From Lachnospiraceae bacterium (lineage in GTDB: Bacteria > Bacillota > Clostridia > Oscillospirales > Ruminococcaceae), in assembly GCA_023664705.1 (NCBI GenBank), contig JAMPFE010000001.1:197230-261229 (forward strand): a DNA stretch of 64,000 nucleotides, given 5' to 3'. The first letter of the stretch is position 1. Every line of letters begins with the position of its first letter. Made by a program: the position numbers and the translations under genes. This document shows, in pieces, positions 27,785 to 38,477 of this stretch. The notes beneath the pieces are model-generated. The model saw only the letters and a list, made by a program, of their open reading frames with translations, ran no database searches and was not told the origin of the DNA.

Positions 27785-29851
27785 ATGAAGAATTTTTACA
27801 AGAGCAACGTGCTGTTGGCGGCTGTCGGAACGCTGATAATAATGCTGATAGTCATCGACGTATATGTGTTCCGCCGCGAGCCGCTGATGTTCTGGGTGTC
27901 GCTGCCGATACTGCTCGGCGTTTCGGGCTTGGCTCTCGGGAAGCTGCTTCAGATACGGCAGAGCGAGTACTGGTATTTCGAGCAGCTTTCGGAGGAGATA
28001 CGGAGCACGGATTCGATGTCGCTGATAAGCTTCCCGCTGCCGATATGCGTCGTCGACGAGGAGCGCAGCGTTATCTGGAGCAACAATTGCTTTAACGATA
28101 CGTTCTTTACGCCGAGCGAGGACGAAAGCTCGATAAATCCCGTAACGGATATGCCGCTTGAGCTTTTCGGCTTGGACGGCAGGGAAATAGGCTACGGGGA
28201 AAACTGGTTCCGCGTGTATTCCGTCGTCCATGATTTCGCGGTGGACAGCAAAATAGCGGGAAAGCCCGTTATCTTCGGCGCGGAAAGCGGCGGCGAGGCG
28301 GTAATGGAGCGCATAACGATGCTCATCTTCCGCGACATCACAGACCTCAGAAGGCTCCAGGTAACGCACGAAATGTCCAAGCCCGTGGTCATGATTGTAA
28401 TGGTCGACAACTACGAGGAGCTTTTGTCGGGAGCAAAGGAGAGCGAACGCGCTTACGTCACGATACAGGTCGACAGGCTGATTGAGGAGTACTTCGCCGA
28501 GAAAAAGGCAGTGCTGAAAAAGATGACGGGCGACAAGTTCCTGATAGTGCTCGAGCAGCAGTACCTAAATCAGATGATAAAGGACAAAATGGCGCTGATA
28601 AACAAAGCGCATGAGATAATAGTGCGCGACAGAGCGGCTGTTACGCTTTCGATAGGCGTGGGCGCAACGGCGTCGTCGCTCGCCGAGGGAGAGCGCTTCG
28701 CAAGCGAGATGCTCGATAAGGCGCTCGAGCGCGGCGGCGATCAGGCGCTCGTGAAAACGTCCAACGGCTTTGACGCGTTCGGCGCTATATCCCCCGGCAA
28801 GGAGCGCACGGGAAAGGTAAAGATACGCCTCGCGGCGGAGGAGATAAAGAGCCTTATCAGCACAGCCGATACCGTGTACATAATGGGACACAGCTTCGGC
28901 GATTTCGACAGCGCGGGCTCGGCGATAGGTCTCACCTGCGCGATACGGAGACTCGGCATTCCCGCATACACGGTCGCGAGGTTCAGGGACAGCTCTAAAA
29001 CGAACGCAAAGGCGCTGTTCGACAGGTTTGTGGATTACGACACGCCCGTAGTTATCGAGCCCGAGGAGGCAAGGCAGTGGATAACGCCGAAATCGGTGCT
29101 GATAATCGTCGATACGCACATCACCAAAAAGCTCGAGGACGCGGAGCTGTTCGAGCTCGCGCAGAAAAACCGCGTCGTCATTATCGACCACCACCGATTG
29201 AGCGCGGGAGCTATCACGGAGTTCGCGGTGCGCTGCCACGAGAGCAACGCCTCGTCCGCCTCGGAGCTCGTCACGGAGCTTATCCAGTATTTCGGCAGCG
29301 GCGCGCTGATAAAGCCGCTGGAGGCGGAGGCGCTCCTTGCGGGCATCACGCTCGACACCAAGGATTTCGTGATGCGCTCGGGTGTCTCGACGTTCGAGGC
29401 GGCGGCGTATCTGAAGAAGATAGGCGCGGACACCATAGCCGTGAAAAAGCTGTTCGACACGACCATCGAGAGCAAAACAAAAAAATCGCAGATAATCTCC
29501 TCGGCGAAGATATACAGGGCGCGCTGCGCCATATCCGTGGTCGAGGAAAGCTTCGAGGGCATACGGGTGCTCTGCTCGCAGGCTGCGGACGAAATGCTGT
29601 ATATACGCAACGTCGACGCGTCGTTCACGGTGTACCCCATTGAGAACGGCTGGAGCATAAGCGCACGTTCGCTCGGCAAGGTGAACGTGCAGGTCATAAT
29701 GGAAAGCCTCGGCAACAAAATAGACGACGGCGGCGGACATCAGTCCATGGCGGGCGCGCAGCTTTACGGCATTACCGTAGAGGAAACGCTCGACAGGCTT
29801 CACGGAGCCATTGACGAGTATTTCACGGCAGCGCCGAAAGATAAGGATTAA
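27785..29851 (+). CDS. gdpP: GdpP-like cyclic-di-AMP phosphodiesterase (2 TM + PAS-like + degenerate GGDEF + DHH/DHHA1)
   Basis: Two N-terminal TM helices, IIDHHR (DHH), and a GGGH motif ([11 protein letters not shown]). Conserved yybT-rplI-dnaB synteny. Confidence 0.85.
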   Translation: MKNFYKSNVLLAAVGTLIIMLIVIDVYVFRREPLMFWVSLPILLGVSGLALGKLLQIRQSEYWYFEQLSEEIRSTDSMSLISFPLPICVVDEERSVIWSNNCFNDTFFTPSEDESSINPVTDMPLELFGLDGREIGYGENWFRVYSVVHDFAVDSKIAGKPVIFGAESGGEAVMERITMLIFRDITDLRRLQVTHEMSKPVVMIVMVDNYEELLSGAKESERAYVTIQVDRLIEEYFAEKKAVLKKMTGDKFLIVLEQQYLNQMIKDKMALINKAHEIIVRDRAAVTLSIGVGATASSLAEGERFASEMLDKALERGGDQALVKTSNGFDAFGAISPGKERTGKVKIRLAAEEIKSLISTADTVYIMGHSFGDFDSAGSAIGLTCAIRRLGIPAYTVARFRDSSKTNAKALFDRFVDYDTPVVIEPEEARQWITPKSVLIIVDTHITKKLEDAELFELAQKNRVVIIDHHRLSAGAITEFAVRCHESNASSASELVTELIQYFGSGALIKPLEAEALLAGITLDTKDFVMRSGVSTFEAAAYLKKIGADTIAVKKLFDTTIESKTKKSQIISSAKIYRARCAISVVEESFEGIRVLCSQAADEMLYIRNVDASFTVYPIENGWSISARSLGKVNVQVIMESLGNKIDDGGGHQSMAGAQLYGITVEETLDRLHGAIDEYFTAAPKDKD

Positions 29852-29870
29852 ACAAAAACGGGAGGTCAGA

Positions 29871-30320
29871 ATGAAGGTCATATTGTTAGAGGACGTAAAG
29901 GGCACGGGCAAAAAGGGCGAGATCCGAGAGGTAAAGGACGGCTACGCCATAAATTGCCTGATAAAAAAGGGGCTGGCGCAGGAGGCGAACGCCAAGAACC
30001 TCAATCTGCTCCAAGGGCAGAAGGACAGCGCTCAGCATAAGATAGACGTCGATATCGCCAACGCCAAGGATATCGCGGGCAAGCTCGAGGGCAAAAGCGT
30101 CGTCGTAAAGGCAAAGGCGGGTCAGAACGGCAGGCTGTTCGGCACCGTTACATCTAAAGAGGTCTCCGCGGCGATAAAGCAGTCGCTGGGTCTGGACGTG
30201 GACAAGAAAAAAATAAACGTCGCGATGAAAATAGAGGGCTTCGGCGATTATTCCGCGGAGGCAAGGCTTTACGCTGGCGTTTCGGCAAAGTTCACCGTAA
30301 GCGTAAAGGACGAGGGTTGA
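29871..30320 (+). CDS. rplI: 50S ribosomal protein L9
   Basis: [34 protein letters not shown]. The internal ATG of the 29811 ORF is the real start. Confidence 0.95.
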   Translation: MKVILLEDVKGTGKKGEIREVKDGYAINCLIKKGLAQEANAKNLNLLQGQKDSAQHKIDVDIANAKDIAGKLEGKSVVVKAKAGQNGRLFGTVTSKEVSAAIKQSLGLDVDKKKINVAMKIEGFGDYSAEARLYAGVSAKFTVSVKDEG

Positions 30321-30327
30321 CGAAAAT

Positions 30328-31701
30328 ATGGCGGATTACGATCTTACGGGGGTAAATCTTCCGTTCGACCCGACAGCGGAGGAAGCGGTCATCGGCGCGG
30401 TCATCGGCGATAGAGAGATGCTCGGCGAGGTCATCGAAAAGCTTCGCCCCGAGCATTTCTATATCGACCGCTGCCGCGAGATATACGCGCTTATGACGCA
30501 GCTCTACATGAGCAGCGAAAAAATAGACGTTCTGACGGTCGGCGATATGTGCGTAAGGCACGGGGTTTTCGAGCAGGCAGCAGACGCGAGGGCGTTCCTT
30601 ATGGAGGCTCTGGAGCGCTGCCCGAGCATATCTTCGATAGCCAAGTACGCCGAGATCGTCACGGAAAAATATCTCCTGAGGAGCCTTATTTTCGCCTCCA
30701 AGGAGATAATCGACGCGGCGAATAACTCCTCCGACAGCGCGGACGCGGTAGTCGATTTTGCCGAGCAGAAAATATTCGATATCCGCTCGGGCACTCAAAA
30801 CAGCAGCCTTACGCCTATCGCGGGGATAGTCTACGACAGGGTGCGCGCGTTCAGCGAGCTTGTAAAATCTTCGCGCGAAAACGGCGGACAGCCCGCGATG
30901 ACGGGTCTCGCGACGGGCTTTACCGAGCTCGACAAGCGCATTTTCGGGCTCAACAAGTCCGACCTGATAATCCTCGCGGCCCGTCCCGGTATGGGCAAGA
31001 CGTCCTTCGCGATGAATATCGCGTCAAATACGGCAAAGCGCTTCCGCGACAAGCAGATATGCGTATTCAGCCTCGAAATGAGCAAGGAGCAGATAGTCTC
31101 CAGAATGATGTGCTCCGAGGCGCTGCTCCCGTCCGACGCGATGAAAACGGGGCGCTCCACGCCCGAGCAGCTCAACAACGTAATGGTCGCCGCCGATCTT
31201 CTTCAGCGTCTGCCGATCTATATCGACGACACCCCCGGCTGCAACGTGACGAATATCAAATCCAAGCTGCGCCGCATGAAAAATCTCGGCGCGGTCATAA
31301 TCGACTATCTCCAGCTGATGACGAGCGTAAATAATTTCCACGGGAACCGCGTCGCCGAAATATCGGAGATAACGCGCAACCTGAAAATTATGGCAAAGGA
31401 GCTTAACGTCCCCGTTATCGCGCTGTCGCAGCTCGCCAGAGGACCCGAGCAGCGCCCCGACAAGCGCCCGCTGCTGAGCGACCTCCGCGATTCGGGCTCT
31501 ATCGAGCAGGACGCGGATATAGTGCTGTTCCTGTACAGAAATTCCTACTACGACAAGACCGACCCCAACCAGAACGTCTGCGAGTGCCTTGTTGCGAAAA
31601 ACCGCCACGGCGAAACGGGCACGGTCTACCTCGGCTGGCAGGGCGAGTATACAAAATTTACCAACGTTAAGTATATTCCGCAAAATCAAAACGGCGGCTG
31701 A
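30328..31701 (+). CDS. dnaB: replicative DNA helicase
   Basis: DnaB N-terminal domain and RecA-like domain (ARPGMGKTSFAMNIA, IIDYLQLM). Confidence 0.95.
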   Translation: MADYDLTGVNLPFDPTAEEAVIGAVIGDREMLGEVIEKLRPEHFYIDRCREIYALMTQLYMSSEKIDVLTVGDMCVRHGVFEQAADARAFLMEALERCPSISSIAKYAEIVTEKYLLRSLIFASKEIIDAANNSSDSADAVVDFAEQKIFDIRSGTQNSSLTPIAGIVYDRVRAFSELVKSSRENGGQPAMTGLATGFTELDKRIFGLNKSDLIILAARPGMGKTSFAMNIASNTAKRFRDKQICVFSLEMSKEQIVSRMMCSEALLPSDAMKTGRSTPEQLNNVMVAADLLQRLPIYIDDTPGCNVTNIKSKLRRMKNLGAVIIDYLQLMTSVNNFHGNRVAEISEITRNLKIMAKELNVPVIALSQLARGPEQRPDKRPLLSDLRDSGSIEQDADIVLFLYRNSYYDKTDPNQNVCECLVAKNRHGETGTVYLGWQGEYTKFTNVKYIPQNQNGG

Positions 31702-31706
31702 CAAAA

Positions 31707-32717
31707 ATGAACGATTTTATTGATAATGTTCGGCAAACCATAGCCGATCACGATATGCTCGGCGAAAAAAGCGCGGTATGCGCGGCGCTCTCGGGCGGCG
31801 CGGACAGCGTTTCGCTGCTGCTGGCGCTGAAAACGCTCTCGGAGGAGCGCGGCTTCGCGCTTTCGGCGTGCCACTTGAACCACGGGCTGCGCGGCGTGGA
31901 AAGCGACCGCGACGAGCGCTTCTGCGCCGAGCTTTGCCAAAGGCTCGGCATTCCGCTTGCGGCAAGGAAAATAAGCGTCTCGGCATTGTCCGAAAAGCAC
32001 GAAAGCTCCGAGGAGACCGCCCGCCGTGTGCGCTACGGTTTCTTTCTGGAAACGCTCGGCAGCCTCGGCGAAAGCGCCGTCCTCGCGACGGCGCACACAG
32101 CCAACGACAACGCCGAGACCGTGCTGATAAATCTGACGCGCGGCACGGGGCTCGCGGGCTTGTGCGGGATACCGCCCGTGCGCGCTCTCGGGGAGTTCCG
32201 CGTGATAAGACCGCTGATATACCGCACGAGAGCGGAGGTCGAGGAGTTCCTCGCCGCGCGCGGACAGGACTACGTGACCGACCGCACCAACCTCTCCGAG
32301 GACTACACCCGCAATAAAATACGCCTCAAGGTGCTTCCCGAGCTGCTGAAAATAAACCCCTCGGCGCTCGGAACGCTCGGCAGAATGACCGGGACCCTCC
32401 GCGAGGACAGCGCGTTCCTCGAGGAGCTTGCCCGAAAGGCGCTCGCCGAAAACCGCGCGGGGCGCGGCTACAACGCCGCGGAGCTCGCCAAGCTCCCCGC
32501 GCCGATACGCTCCCGCGCGGTGAAAACGATACTCATGGACGGCGGCATAGAGCCCTCCGCGCTGAGGATAAGCACGGCGTCGGAGCTGCTGACAAGGCGC
32601 TCCGCGAGGTACAATCCCTGCAAAAACCGCTTTTTCACGATACGCAAGGGCGTGTGCTTCGTTGAAATTATCGAGCAGCACTACCGCCGCTTCAACGAAA
32701 AAAGGAAAAAAATGTAA
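31707..32717 (+). CDS. tilS: tRNA(Ile)-lysidine synthetase
   Basis: SGGADSV PP-loop and tilS-hpt-ftsH synteny. Confidence 0.88.
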   Translation: MNDFIDNVRQTIADHDMLGEKSAVCAALSGGADSVSLLLALKTLSEERGFALSACHLNHGLRGVESDRDERFCAELCQRLGIPLAARKISVSALSEKHESSEETARRVRYGFFLETLGSLGESAVLATAHTANDNAETVLINLTRGTGLAGLCGIPPVRALGEFRVIRPLIYRTRAEVEEFLAARGQDYVTDRTNLSEDYTRNKIRLKVLPELLKINPSALGTLGRMTGTLREDSAFLEELARKALAENRAGRGYNAAELAKLPAPIRSRAVKTILMDGGIEPSALRISTASELLTRRSARYNPCKNRFFTIRKGVCFVEIIEQHYRRFNEKRKKM

Positions 32718-32756
32718 AATATCCCGAAATTTTCAGCAGAAATTCACGAAAATCAA

Positions 32757-32785
32757 TTGCTTTTTTGTGAATTATATGTTATAAT
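32757..32785 (+). promoter_or_regulatory. extended -10 promoter for hpt-ftsH
   Basis: TTGCTT, a 17-nt spacer ending TGT, then TATAAT (32780-32785). Confidence 0.55.
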
Positions 32786-32809
32786 GATTTTTGTATGGAG
32801 GAGAGCATA

Positions 32810-33343
32810 ATGTATGTTCCCGAGGAAATCGAAAAAATTCTGTTCACCGAAGAGCAGCTAAAGGAAGAAACAGCGCGGCTCGGAGCCGAGCTCACAAGGG
32901 AATACAGCGGCAGAAATCCGCTGTTCGTCTGCGTTTTAAAGGGCGCGTCGGTGTTCTTCGCCGACCTGATACGCGCGGTGGAGTGCCCGCTGGAGATAGA
33001 TTTTTTCCGCGCGAAAAGCTATTTGGGAACAACGACGACGGGAGTCGTCGACGTAAACGAAAGCGAGCTCCCCGATATAAAGGGGCGCGACGTGGTGATA
33101 GTCGAGGACATCGTCGACACCGCGCGCACGCTCTCAAAGGTCAAGGAAATGTTTCTGGAACGCGAACCGAGGTCGCTGAAGATAGTCTGCCTGCTCGACA
33201 AGCCGTCGCGCCGCGAGGTCAAGGGCTTCACCGTCGACAGCCGCTGCTTTGAAATAGATGATTTGTTTGTAGTGGGCTACGGGCTCGACTGCGACCAGAG
33301 GTTCAGAAATCTGCCGTACATAGGCGTATATAAGGCATTATAA
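32810..33343 (+). CDS. hpt: hypoxanthine phosphoribosyltransferase
   Basis: PRPP-binding loop VVIVEDIVDTARTL. The ATG at 32810 follows GGAGGAG by 6 nt. Confidence 0.92.
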   Translation: MYVPEEIEKILFTEEQLKEETARLGAELTREYSGRNPLFVCVLKGASVFFADLIRAVECPLEIDFFRAKSYLGTTTTGVVDVNESELPDIKGRDVVIVEDIVDTARTLSKVKEMFLEREPRSLKIVCLLDKPSRREVKGFTVDSRCFEIDDLFVVGYGLDCDQRFRNLPYIGVYKAL

Positions 33344-33400
33344 AAATATAAAATATATTTTCACGGGCAAAAATCGCCCGTAACAGGAAAGGCGGTCTAA

Positions 33401-35395
33401 ATGAAGAAAAATAAGCTCCAAGGCGTAATAATCTACTTTCTGATAGCGCTTCTGCTGATATTCGGGTTGGTATCCGTGCTGAATTTCGCGGGAGGAAGAA
33501 GCTCCAACACCGCGGCGAAATATTCCGACGTTATAGCCGAATTCGACGACCTCAACGTTTCCGCGTTCGTTCTCGACCTCGGAAGCGGCAGGCTGAATTA
33601 CGTGCTGAAGGGCGGAAGCATTGAAAATCAGCAGGACATCAAAACATATACCGTCCCGAATGTCAGCATTTTCATAAACGACATAAACGCGGGCTACAAT
33701 AAGGAAGGCAGGATAGCGAATTACCGTCAGCGCTACAACGAGGCGAACCCCGAAGCGCCGCTGTACGAAAACTATATCCCCATTTCCGACAACACCTTCC
33801 TCACGAGCATTCTCCCGTATCTGCTCCTTGTGGGCGTTATGGTCATCTTTACGGTCATCGTTCTGCGCCAGACCACGGGCGGCGGCAAGATGAACACTTT
33901 CTCCCGCGCGAACGTCCGCCAGCAGACGGGCAGAAAGGTAACGTTCGAGGACGTTGCGGGCGCGGACGAGGAAAAGCAGGAGCTTGTCGAGATAGTTGAC
34001 TACCTCAAAAACCCCGCGAAATACCGCGAGATAGGCGCGAGAGTGCCCAAGGGCGTGCTCCTCGTCGGACCTCCGGGAACGGGTAAAACTCTTCTCGCAA
34101 AGGCAGTCGCGGGCGAGGCGGGCGCGCCGTTCTTCTCGATATCGGGCTCTGATTTCGTCGAGATGTATGTCGGCGTCGGCGCTTCGCGTGTGCGCGACCT
34201 GTTCGACCAAGCTAAAAAGCACACCCCGTCCATTATCTTCATCGACGAGATAGACGCCGTCGGCAGACAGCGCGGCGCAGGTCTCGGCGGCGGTCACGAC
34301 GAGCGCGAGCAGACCCTCAACCAGCTCCTCGTCGAAATGGACGGCTTCACCGAAAACGAAAACATCATCGTAATGGCGGCGACCAACCGCCGCGATATAC
34401 TCGACCCCGCTCTCCTCCGTCCCGGGCGCTTCGACAGACAGGTAGTCGTAAGCTATCCCGACATCAAGGGCAGAGAGGAAATCCTCAAAGTCCACACGCG
34501 CAACAAGAATATCGGTCCCGACGTAGACCTCAAGACCATAGCCGCGACAACGGCGGGCTTTACGGGCGCGGACTTGGAAAATCTCGTAAACGAGGCGGCG
34601 CTGCTTGCCGCGCGCAACAACCGCAAGGCGGTCACCAAAGCCGACATCGAGGAGGCAACGATAAAAGTCGTTGCGGGCCCCGAGAAGAAGAGCCGCATCG
34701 TCAGCCCCGAGGACAAGCGCATCACCGCTTACCACGAGGCGGGTCACGCGGTCACCACGATGTTCTGCCCCACGCAGGATAAAGTCCATCAGGTCTCCAT
34801 TATCCAGAGAGGCATGGCAGCGGGCTTTACGATGCACCTGCCCGAAAAGGACAACTCCCACGTAACGAAAAACCGCATGGAGGAGTCGATAGTAGTCCTG
34901 CTCGGCGGACGCGCGGCGGAAAAGCTCATCCTCGACGACATCACCACGGGCGCGTCAAACGACATCGAGCGCGCCACCTCCGTCGCAAGGGATATGGTAA
35001 CGCGCTACGGCTTCTCGGAAAAGCTCGGACCTATCCTGTACGGCAGTGAAAACGACGAGGTGTTCCTCGGCAGAGACTACGGTCACGGCAAGAACTACTC
35101 CGAAAACGTCGCCAGCGAGATAGACGCCGAAATACGCGAGCTCATCGAAACGGGCTACGAAAAGGCAAAGGAAATCCTCACGGTCCACGGCGATCTGCTC
35201 GAGCGCTGCGCGCAGTACCTCATCAAGCACGAAAAGCTCGACGGCCCCGTGTTCTATAAGCTTATGAACAACGAAATAGACATCGACGGCAACCCGACAA
35301 AGCTCGTTGAGGAAAAATCCGAAACGGCTCCCGAAACAGTTCCCGAGGAGACCTCGGAGGAAAAACCCGAGAGCCCCGACGAAAATCAAGACTAA
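33401..35395 (+). CDS. ftsH: ATP-dependent zinc metalloprotease FtsH
   Basis: [18 protein letters not shown], the SRH region, and the HEAGHA zinc site. Confidence 0.96.
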   Translation: MKKNKLQGVIIYFLIALLLIFGLVSVLNFAGGRSSNTAAKYSDVIAEFDDLNVSAFVLDLGSGRLNYVLKGGSIENQQDIKTYTVPNVSIFINDINAGYNKEGRIANYRQRYNEANPEAPLYENYIPISDNTFLTSILPYLLLVGVMVIFTVIVLRQTTGGGKMNTFSRANVRQQTGRKVTFEDVAGADEEKQELVEIVDYLKNPAKYREIGARVPKGVLLVGPPGTGKTLLAKAVAGEAGAPFFSISGSDFVEMYVGVGASRVRDLFDQAKKHTPSIIFIDEIDAVGRQRGAGLGGGHDEREQTLNQLLVEMDGFTENENIIVMAATNRRDILDPALLRPGRFDRQVVVSYPDIKGREEILKVHTRNKNIGPDVDLKTIAATTAGFTGADLENLVNEAALLAARNNRKAVTKADIEEATIKVVAGPEKKSRIVSPEDKRITAYHEAGHAVTTMFCPTQDKVHQVSIIQRGMAAGFTMHLPEKDNSHVTKNRMEESIVVLLGGRAAEKLILDDITTGASNDIERATSVARDMVTRYGFSEKLGPILYGSENDEVFLGRDYGHGKNYSENVASEIDAEIRELIETGYEKAKEILTVHGDLLERCAQYLIKHEKLDGPVFYKLMNNEIDIDGNPTKLVEEKSETAPETVPEETSEEKPESPDENQD

Positions 35396-35400
35396 ATCAT

Positions 35401-35433
35401 ATTCCGTCCTGCCGCAAGCGGGACGGAATTTTA
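35401..35433 (+). terminator. intrinsic terminator after ftsH
   Basis: ATTCCGTCC (35401-35409) pairs with GGACGGAAT (35421-35429), followed by TTTT. Confidence 0.7.
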
Positions 35434-35447
35434 CGGAAAGGTAAAAA

Positions 35448-35873
35448 ATGGCAATTGAGTATATCGACAAGGCTCCCTCCTTCGAGGAGTACATGGAAAT
35501 GCGCCGCGCCGTAAATTTTATGGTTCTGTCCGAGCGCATTGCCCGCAACGCCCTCAACAACGCGTTTCACATAACGACCGTCCGCGATAACGGCAGGGCG
35601 ATAGGCATGATACGCGTTTTGTCCGACGGCAGCTACGCAAACTTCATCACCGACGTAATGGTCATCCCCGAGTATCAGCACCGCGGCATCGGCAAGGAAA
35701 TGATGCGCCGCACAATGGAGTATATGCGCTCCACGCTGCTCCCGGGTGAGACGATAGTGCTGTACCTCATGTCCGCTATCGGCAGAGAGGATTTTTACAG
35801 GCAGTTCGGCTTCCGCGAGCGCCCCAACGAGGTCTGGGGCGCGGGAATGAGCCAATGGATACACGGAGAATAA
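35448..35873 (+). CDS. GNAT-family N-acetyltransferase
   Basis: Motif A: PEYQHRGIGKEMM. Confidence 0.8.
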   Translation: MAIEYIDKAPSFEEYMEMRRAVNFMVLSERIARNALNNAFHITTVRDNGRAIGMIRVLSDGSYANFITDVMVIPEYQHRGIGKEMMRRTMEYMRSTLLPGETIVLYLMSAIGREDFYRQFGFRERPNEVWGAGMSQWIHGE

Positions 35874-35881
35874 AAATACCA

Positions 35882-35910
35882 TTGACAAAATACAAATAAT
35901 ATGGTATTAT
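35882..35910 (+). promoter_or_regulatory. extended -10 promoter for the zinc-ribbon membrane protein gene
   Basis: TTGACA (35882-35887), a 17-nt spacer ending TGG, then TATTAT. Confidence 0.55.
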
Positions 35911-35962
35911 AGTAGATAACGGGAAAGTTGCTTCCCAACAGAAAAAGATAGTGAGGTTAATT

Positions 35963-36481
35963 ATGGAAAGATTTTGTGACAAATGCGGAACGCTCGTACA
36001 GGGCGAGGGTAAATTCTGTCCGTCCTGCGGCGCGCCCCTGGAAAGCGCGGTAAATCTCGACAAGCCGAGCACGCCGTCAACGGAGCCCATGCAGTCGACC
36101 CCCGCGCCTACATACCAGCAAAGCAGCCCCAACGCCGCGCAGATGCCCGCCTACCCGCAGAGCTACAACAACGTCGGCGCAACGGAGCGCACGGAAAATA
36201 TGAGCGTCGGACAGTGGGCGCTGACGGTATTCCTCTCGAGTCTCGGATTCATCGGCATCATATTGCTGTTCGTCTGGGGCTTCAGCAGCGACACGCCCCA
36301 GCCCAAAAAGAACTACGCCCGCGGAATGTTGATAGTCGAGGCTATCATGATCGGCGTCGTTTTCTTGGTCTACATCATTGCTTTCGCCTGCGCGCTCTCC
36401 TGCGCGGGCAGCATGGGAGGAGACTTCGACGAAATATTCGGCTGCGTACGTCAGAGCATATTCGCGGCGGCTCTTCGTTAA
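35963..36481 (+). CDS. zinc-ribbon domain membrane protein
   Basis: MERFCDKCGTLVQGEGKFCPSCGAPLE, a Pro/Ser-rich linker, then 2-3 TM helices. Confidence 0.75.
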   Translation: MERFCDKCGTLVQGEGKFCPSCGAPLESAVNLDKPSTPSTEPMQSTPAPTYQQSSPNAAQMPAYPQSYNNVGATERTENMSVGQWALTVFLSSLGFIGIILLFVWGFSSDTPQPKKNYARGMLIVEAIMIGVVFLVYIIAFACALSCAGSMGGDFDEIFGCVRQSIFAAALR

Positions 36482-36514
36482 AAATTCACACTGCCGAGCC
36501 GAACATATGATATA

Positions 36515-36592
36515 GAAGTATTGTGGTGTCGAGCGAAAACGCTTGACCCACAATTTTCTATGAAACGAATGGCCGCGGCGGCACGCCGCCCG
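36515..36592. repeat. intergenic element, copy D (inverted relative to copy E)
   Basis: GAAGTATTGTGGTGTCGAGCGAAAACGCTTGACCCACAATTTTCTATGAAACGAATGGCCGCGGCGGCACGCC is roughly 80% identical to the reverse complement of 38304-38392, allowing one ~17-nt indel. It shares GTGTCGA..GAAAACG.TT and TTTC.CTATGAA(A)CG blocks with the reverse complement of copy A. Confidence 0.75.
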
Positions 36593-36622
36593 GCAGTCAT
36601 TTTATCCTAAAAAGGTGAACAT

Positions 36623-37390
36623 ATGAGCAAAATTTTATCCAACATACCGAGAATACTTATCGCGGCAGCCTCCCTCGCAATGCTTGTCTGGGTCAACCTG
36701 AACTTCGTCACCGCGGGCACGTACATCGGCTCCGCGCTTTTCGGCGCGATATTCCTCGCCGCGCTCCTGTGGAACCCCGTTTGCGGGCTGATAAAGCTCA
36801 TATGGCGCAGGATCGTCGGCAAGGTCTTTTTGATAATTTTCGGCGGCATTATCGCGTTCTGCGCGGTATTGTGCGTCGTTTTCTCCGTGAATATGGCGTC
36901 GCACACGGAAAAGCCCCTCGACAGCCCCCGAGCCGTGATAGTTCTCGGCTGCCAAGTAAAGGGCGAGACTCCCAGCACCATGCTCGCGTTCAGACTGAGA
37001 GCCGCGATAGAGGTGCTGAACGAGCACCCCGAGGCGGTCTGCGTAACGAGCGGCGGGCAGGGCAGCGGCGAGGACATCCCCGAGGCGGAGGCGATGCGCC
37101 GCTTTCTTATCGAGAACGGCATCCCCGACGACCGCATAATCACGGAGGACAAGTCCACCAGCACCCGCGAGAACCTCCGTTTTTCGGCAGCGAAGCTCGC
37201 CGAGCGCGGCATAACGGACAACGTGGTGATAGTTACCAACGATTTCCACCAGTACCGCGCGGGAGTATACGCCCGCGAAAACGGCTTTCGGACGGTCGGA
37301 CATCATTCCTCCAAGACCCCCGCGCGCAATATCCTTAACTACTGGATACGCGAGTGGGCGGCGATAATGGCGCTGCCGTTCGGAATATAA
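36623..37390 (+). CDS. YdcF/SanA-family (DUF218) membrane-anchored protein
   Basis: N-terminal TM helices followed by VIVLGCQV...SGGQGSGEDIPEAEAMRRFL..STSTRENL, typical of DUF218. Confidence 0.82.
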   Translation: MSKILSNIPRILIAAASLAMLVWVNLNFVTAGTYIGSALFGAIFLAALLWNPVCGLIKLIWRRIVGKVFLIIFGGIIAFCAVLCVVFSVNMASHTEKPLDSPRAVIVLGCQVKGETPSTMLAFRLRAAIEVLNEHPEAVCVTSGGQGSGEDIPEAEAMRRFLIENGIPDDRIITEDKSTSTRENLRFSAAKLAERGITDNVVIVTNDFHQYRAGVYARENGFRTVGHHSSKTPARNILNYWIREWAAIMALPFGI

Positions 37391-37439
37391 CGATCGGAAT
37401 TTATATAAAAGAAAACGCCCGCGACGGCGCCGATATAAA

Positions 37440-37506
37440 ATCCCCTTAGGCAGACGCACGAAAAAACAAAAATTTCGTGATACACTAAGGGGATCTCTTT
37501 ATTTTT
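37440..37506. terminator. bidirectional compound hairpin terminator between convergent ydcF-like and lipoprotein genes
   Basis: Outer stem ATCCCCTTAG / CTAAGGGGAT (37440-37449 / 37485-37494) and inner stem CACGAAA / TTTCGTG, with T-runs on both strands. Confidence 0.65.
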
Positions 37507-38212
37507 CGGCTTCCTCGGCTTCCTTAACGGCATCGGCGTATTGCTTTTCCTCTTCCTCAAGGCGTGTCTTGGCAGCCTCGTAACCGGGAATATCCGTCGG
37601 CGTGAGCAGCTCCGCGTCGCTTTGCTGCGCGGTTATTTTTATCAGAACGCACAGCCCGCATTTCTTTTTGATTGACCTTGACGATTCATAGGAGCCCTTT
37701 GCGTTGCGGTAAAACGCCTTGGACTCGTCCGCGAGAGTGGCAGTCCACATCTCATAGCGCCCCGGGATATAAACGCCCGCGCTGTTGAAAAACTCAAGGT
37801 CCTCGAGGGACGGCGCGCCCACCACGGTGCACTCCGCGTCGAGCATTTTCCCCAGCTTTTCGCATTCGTCGTTAAGGTCCTCCCATTTGCAGGTAACGCT
37901 CGGGAAAACGCCGAGCAGATATGTATCGGAGCTCGTCCTGAAAACGGCTCTGTAGCCGACGTTGTACTTTGTTTTTTTGTCGTCACGCTGCTTGTACGGA
38001 AGATAGCAGACGTCCCCGAGAGGGGTATCCGCGGCGTCCTGAGCGCTTGTGTACAGGCTTCCCAGCTCTCTTTGCACCGTGACCTCTTCCAAATCTTGGG
38101 AGCGCGCGAACATATCCGAATAGTTTACGGTTATAGGCTCCCTTGCGCTGCCGTCGGAGCAGCCCGCAAGCAGCACGCACAGCGCGGCGAGAATGACGAA
38201 TTTCCTTTTCAT
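37499..38212 (-). CDS. lipoprotein of unknown function
   Basis: Start at MKRKFVILAALCVLLAGC, a lipobox. The C-terminus is acidic and Lys-rich. Confidence 0.75.
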   Translation of the reverse strand: MKRKFVILAALCVLLAGCSDGSAREPITVNYSDMFARSQDLEEVTVQRELGSLYTSAQDAADTPLGDVCYLPYKQRDDKKTKYNVGYRAVFRTSSDTYLLGVFPSVTCKWEDLNDECEKLGKMLDAECTVVGAPSLEDLEFFNSAGVYIPGRYEMWTATLADESKAFYRNAKGSYESSRSIKKKCGLCVLIKITAQQSDAELLTPTDIPGYEAAKTRLEEEEKQYADAVKEAEEAEK

Positions 38213-38303
38213 ATGCGACCTCCTTTTCCTATATATAGATTTTAACATTTTTTATATTATTTGTCAAGGGCTTTACAAACGGAAAATAAAATGTTAAAAT
38301 AAA

Positions 38304-38392
38304 GGCGTGCCGCCGTGGCGGCAGCTTCTGCCTTGGGCAGTTCGTTTCATAGAAAATTTCGGCGTCAAGCGTTTTCGCTCGACACAAAAAAA
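38304..38392. repeat. intergenic element, copy E (inverted partner of copy D)
   Basis: GGCGTGCCGCCGTGGCGGCAG...TTCGTTTCATAGAAAATTTCGGCGTCAAGCGTTTTCGCTCGACACAAAAAAACTTC. See copy D. Confidence 0.75.
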
Positions 38393-38477
38393 CTTCTGTA
38401 TTACACGCGCCATAGCGCCCAACCTTTTTGTTTTTTCGCGCACTGTATATATGAAAACGCTTTCGGAGGCTTTCAAA

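Noticed and set aside
33344-33400. A small ACGGGC/GCCCGT hairpin between hpt and ftsH, considered as a terminator.
   Set aside because: It is a 6-bp stem without a following T-tract. hpt-ftsH co-transcription is the norm, so this is at most a processing or pause site.
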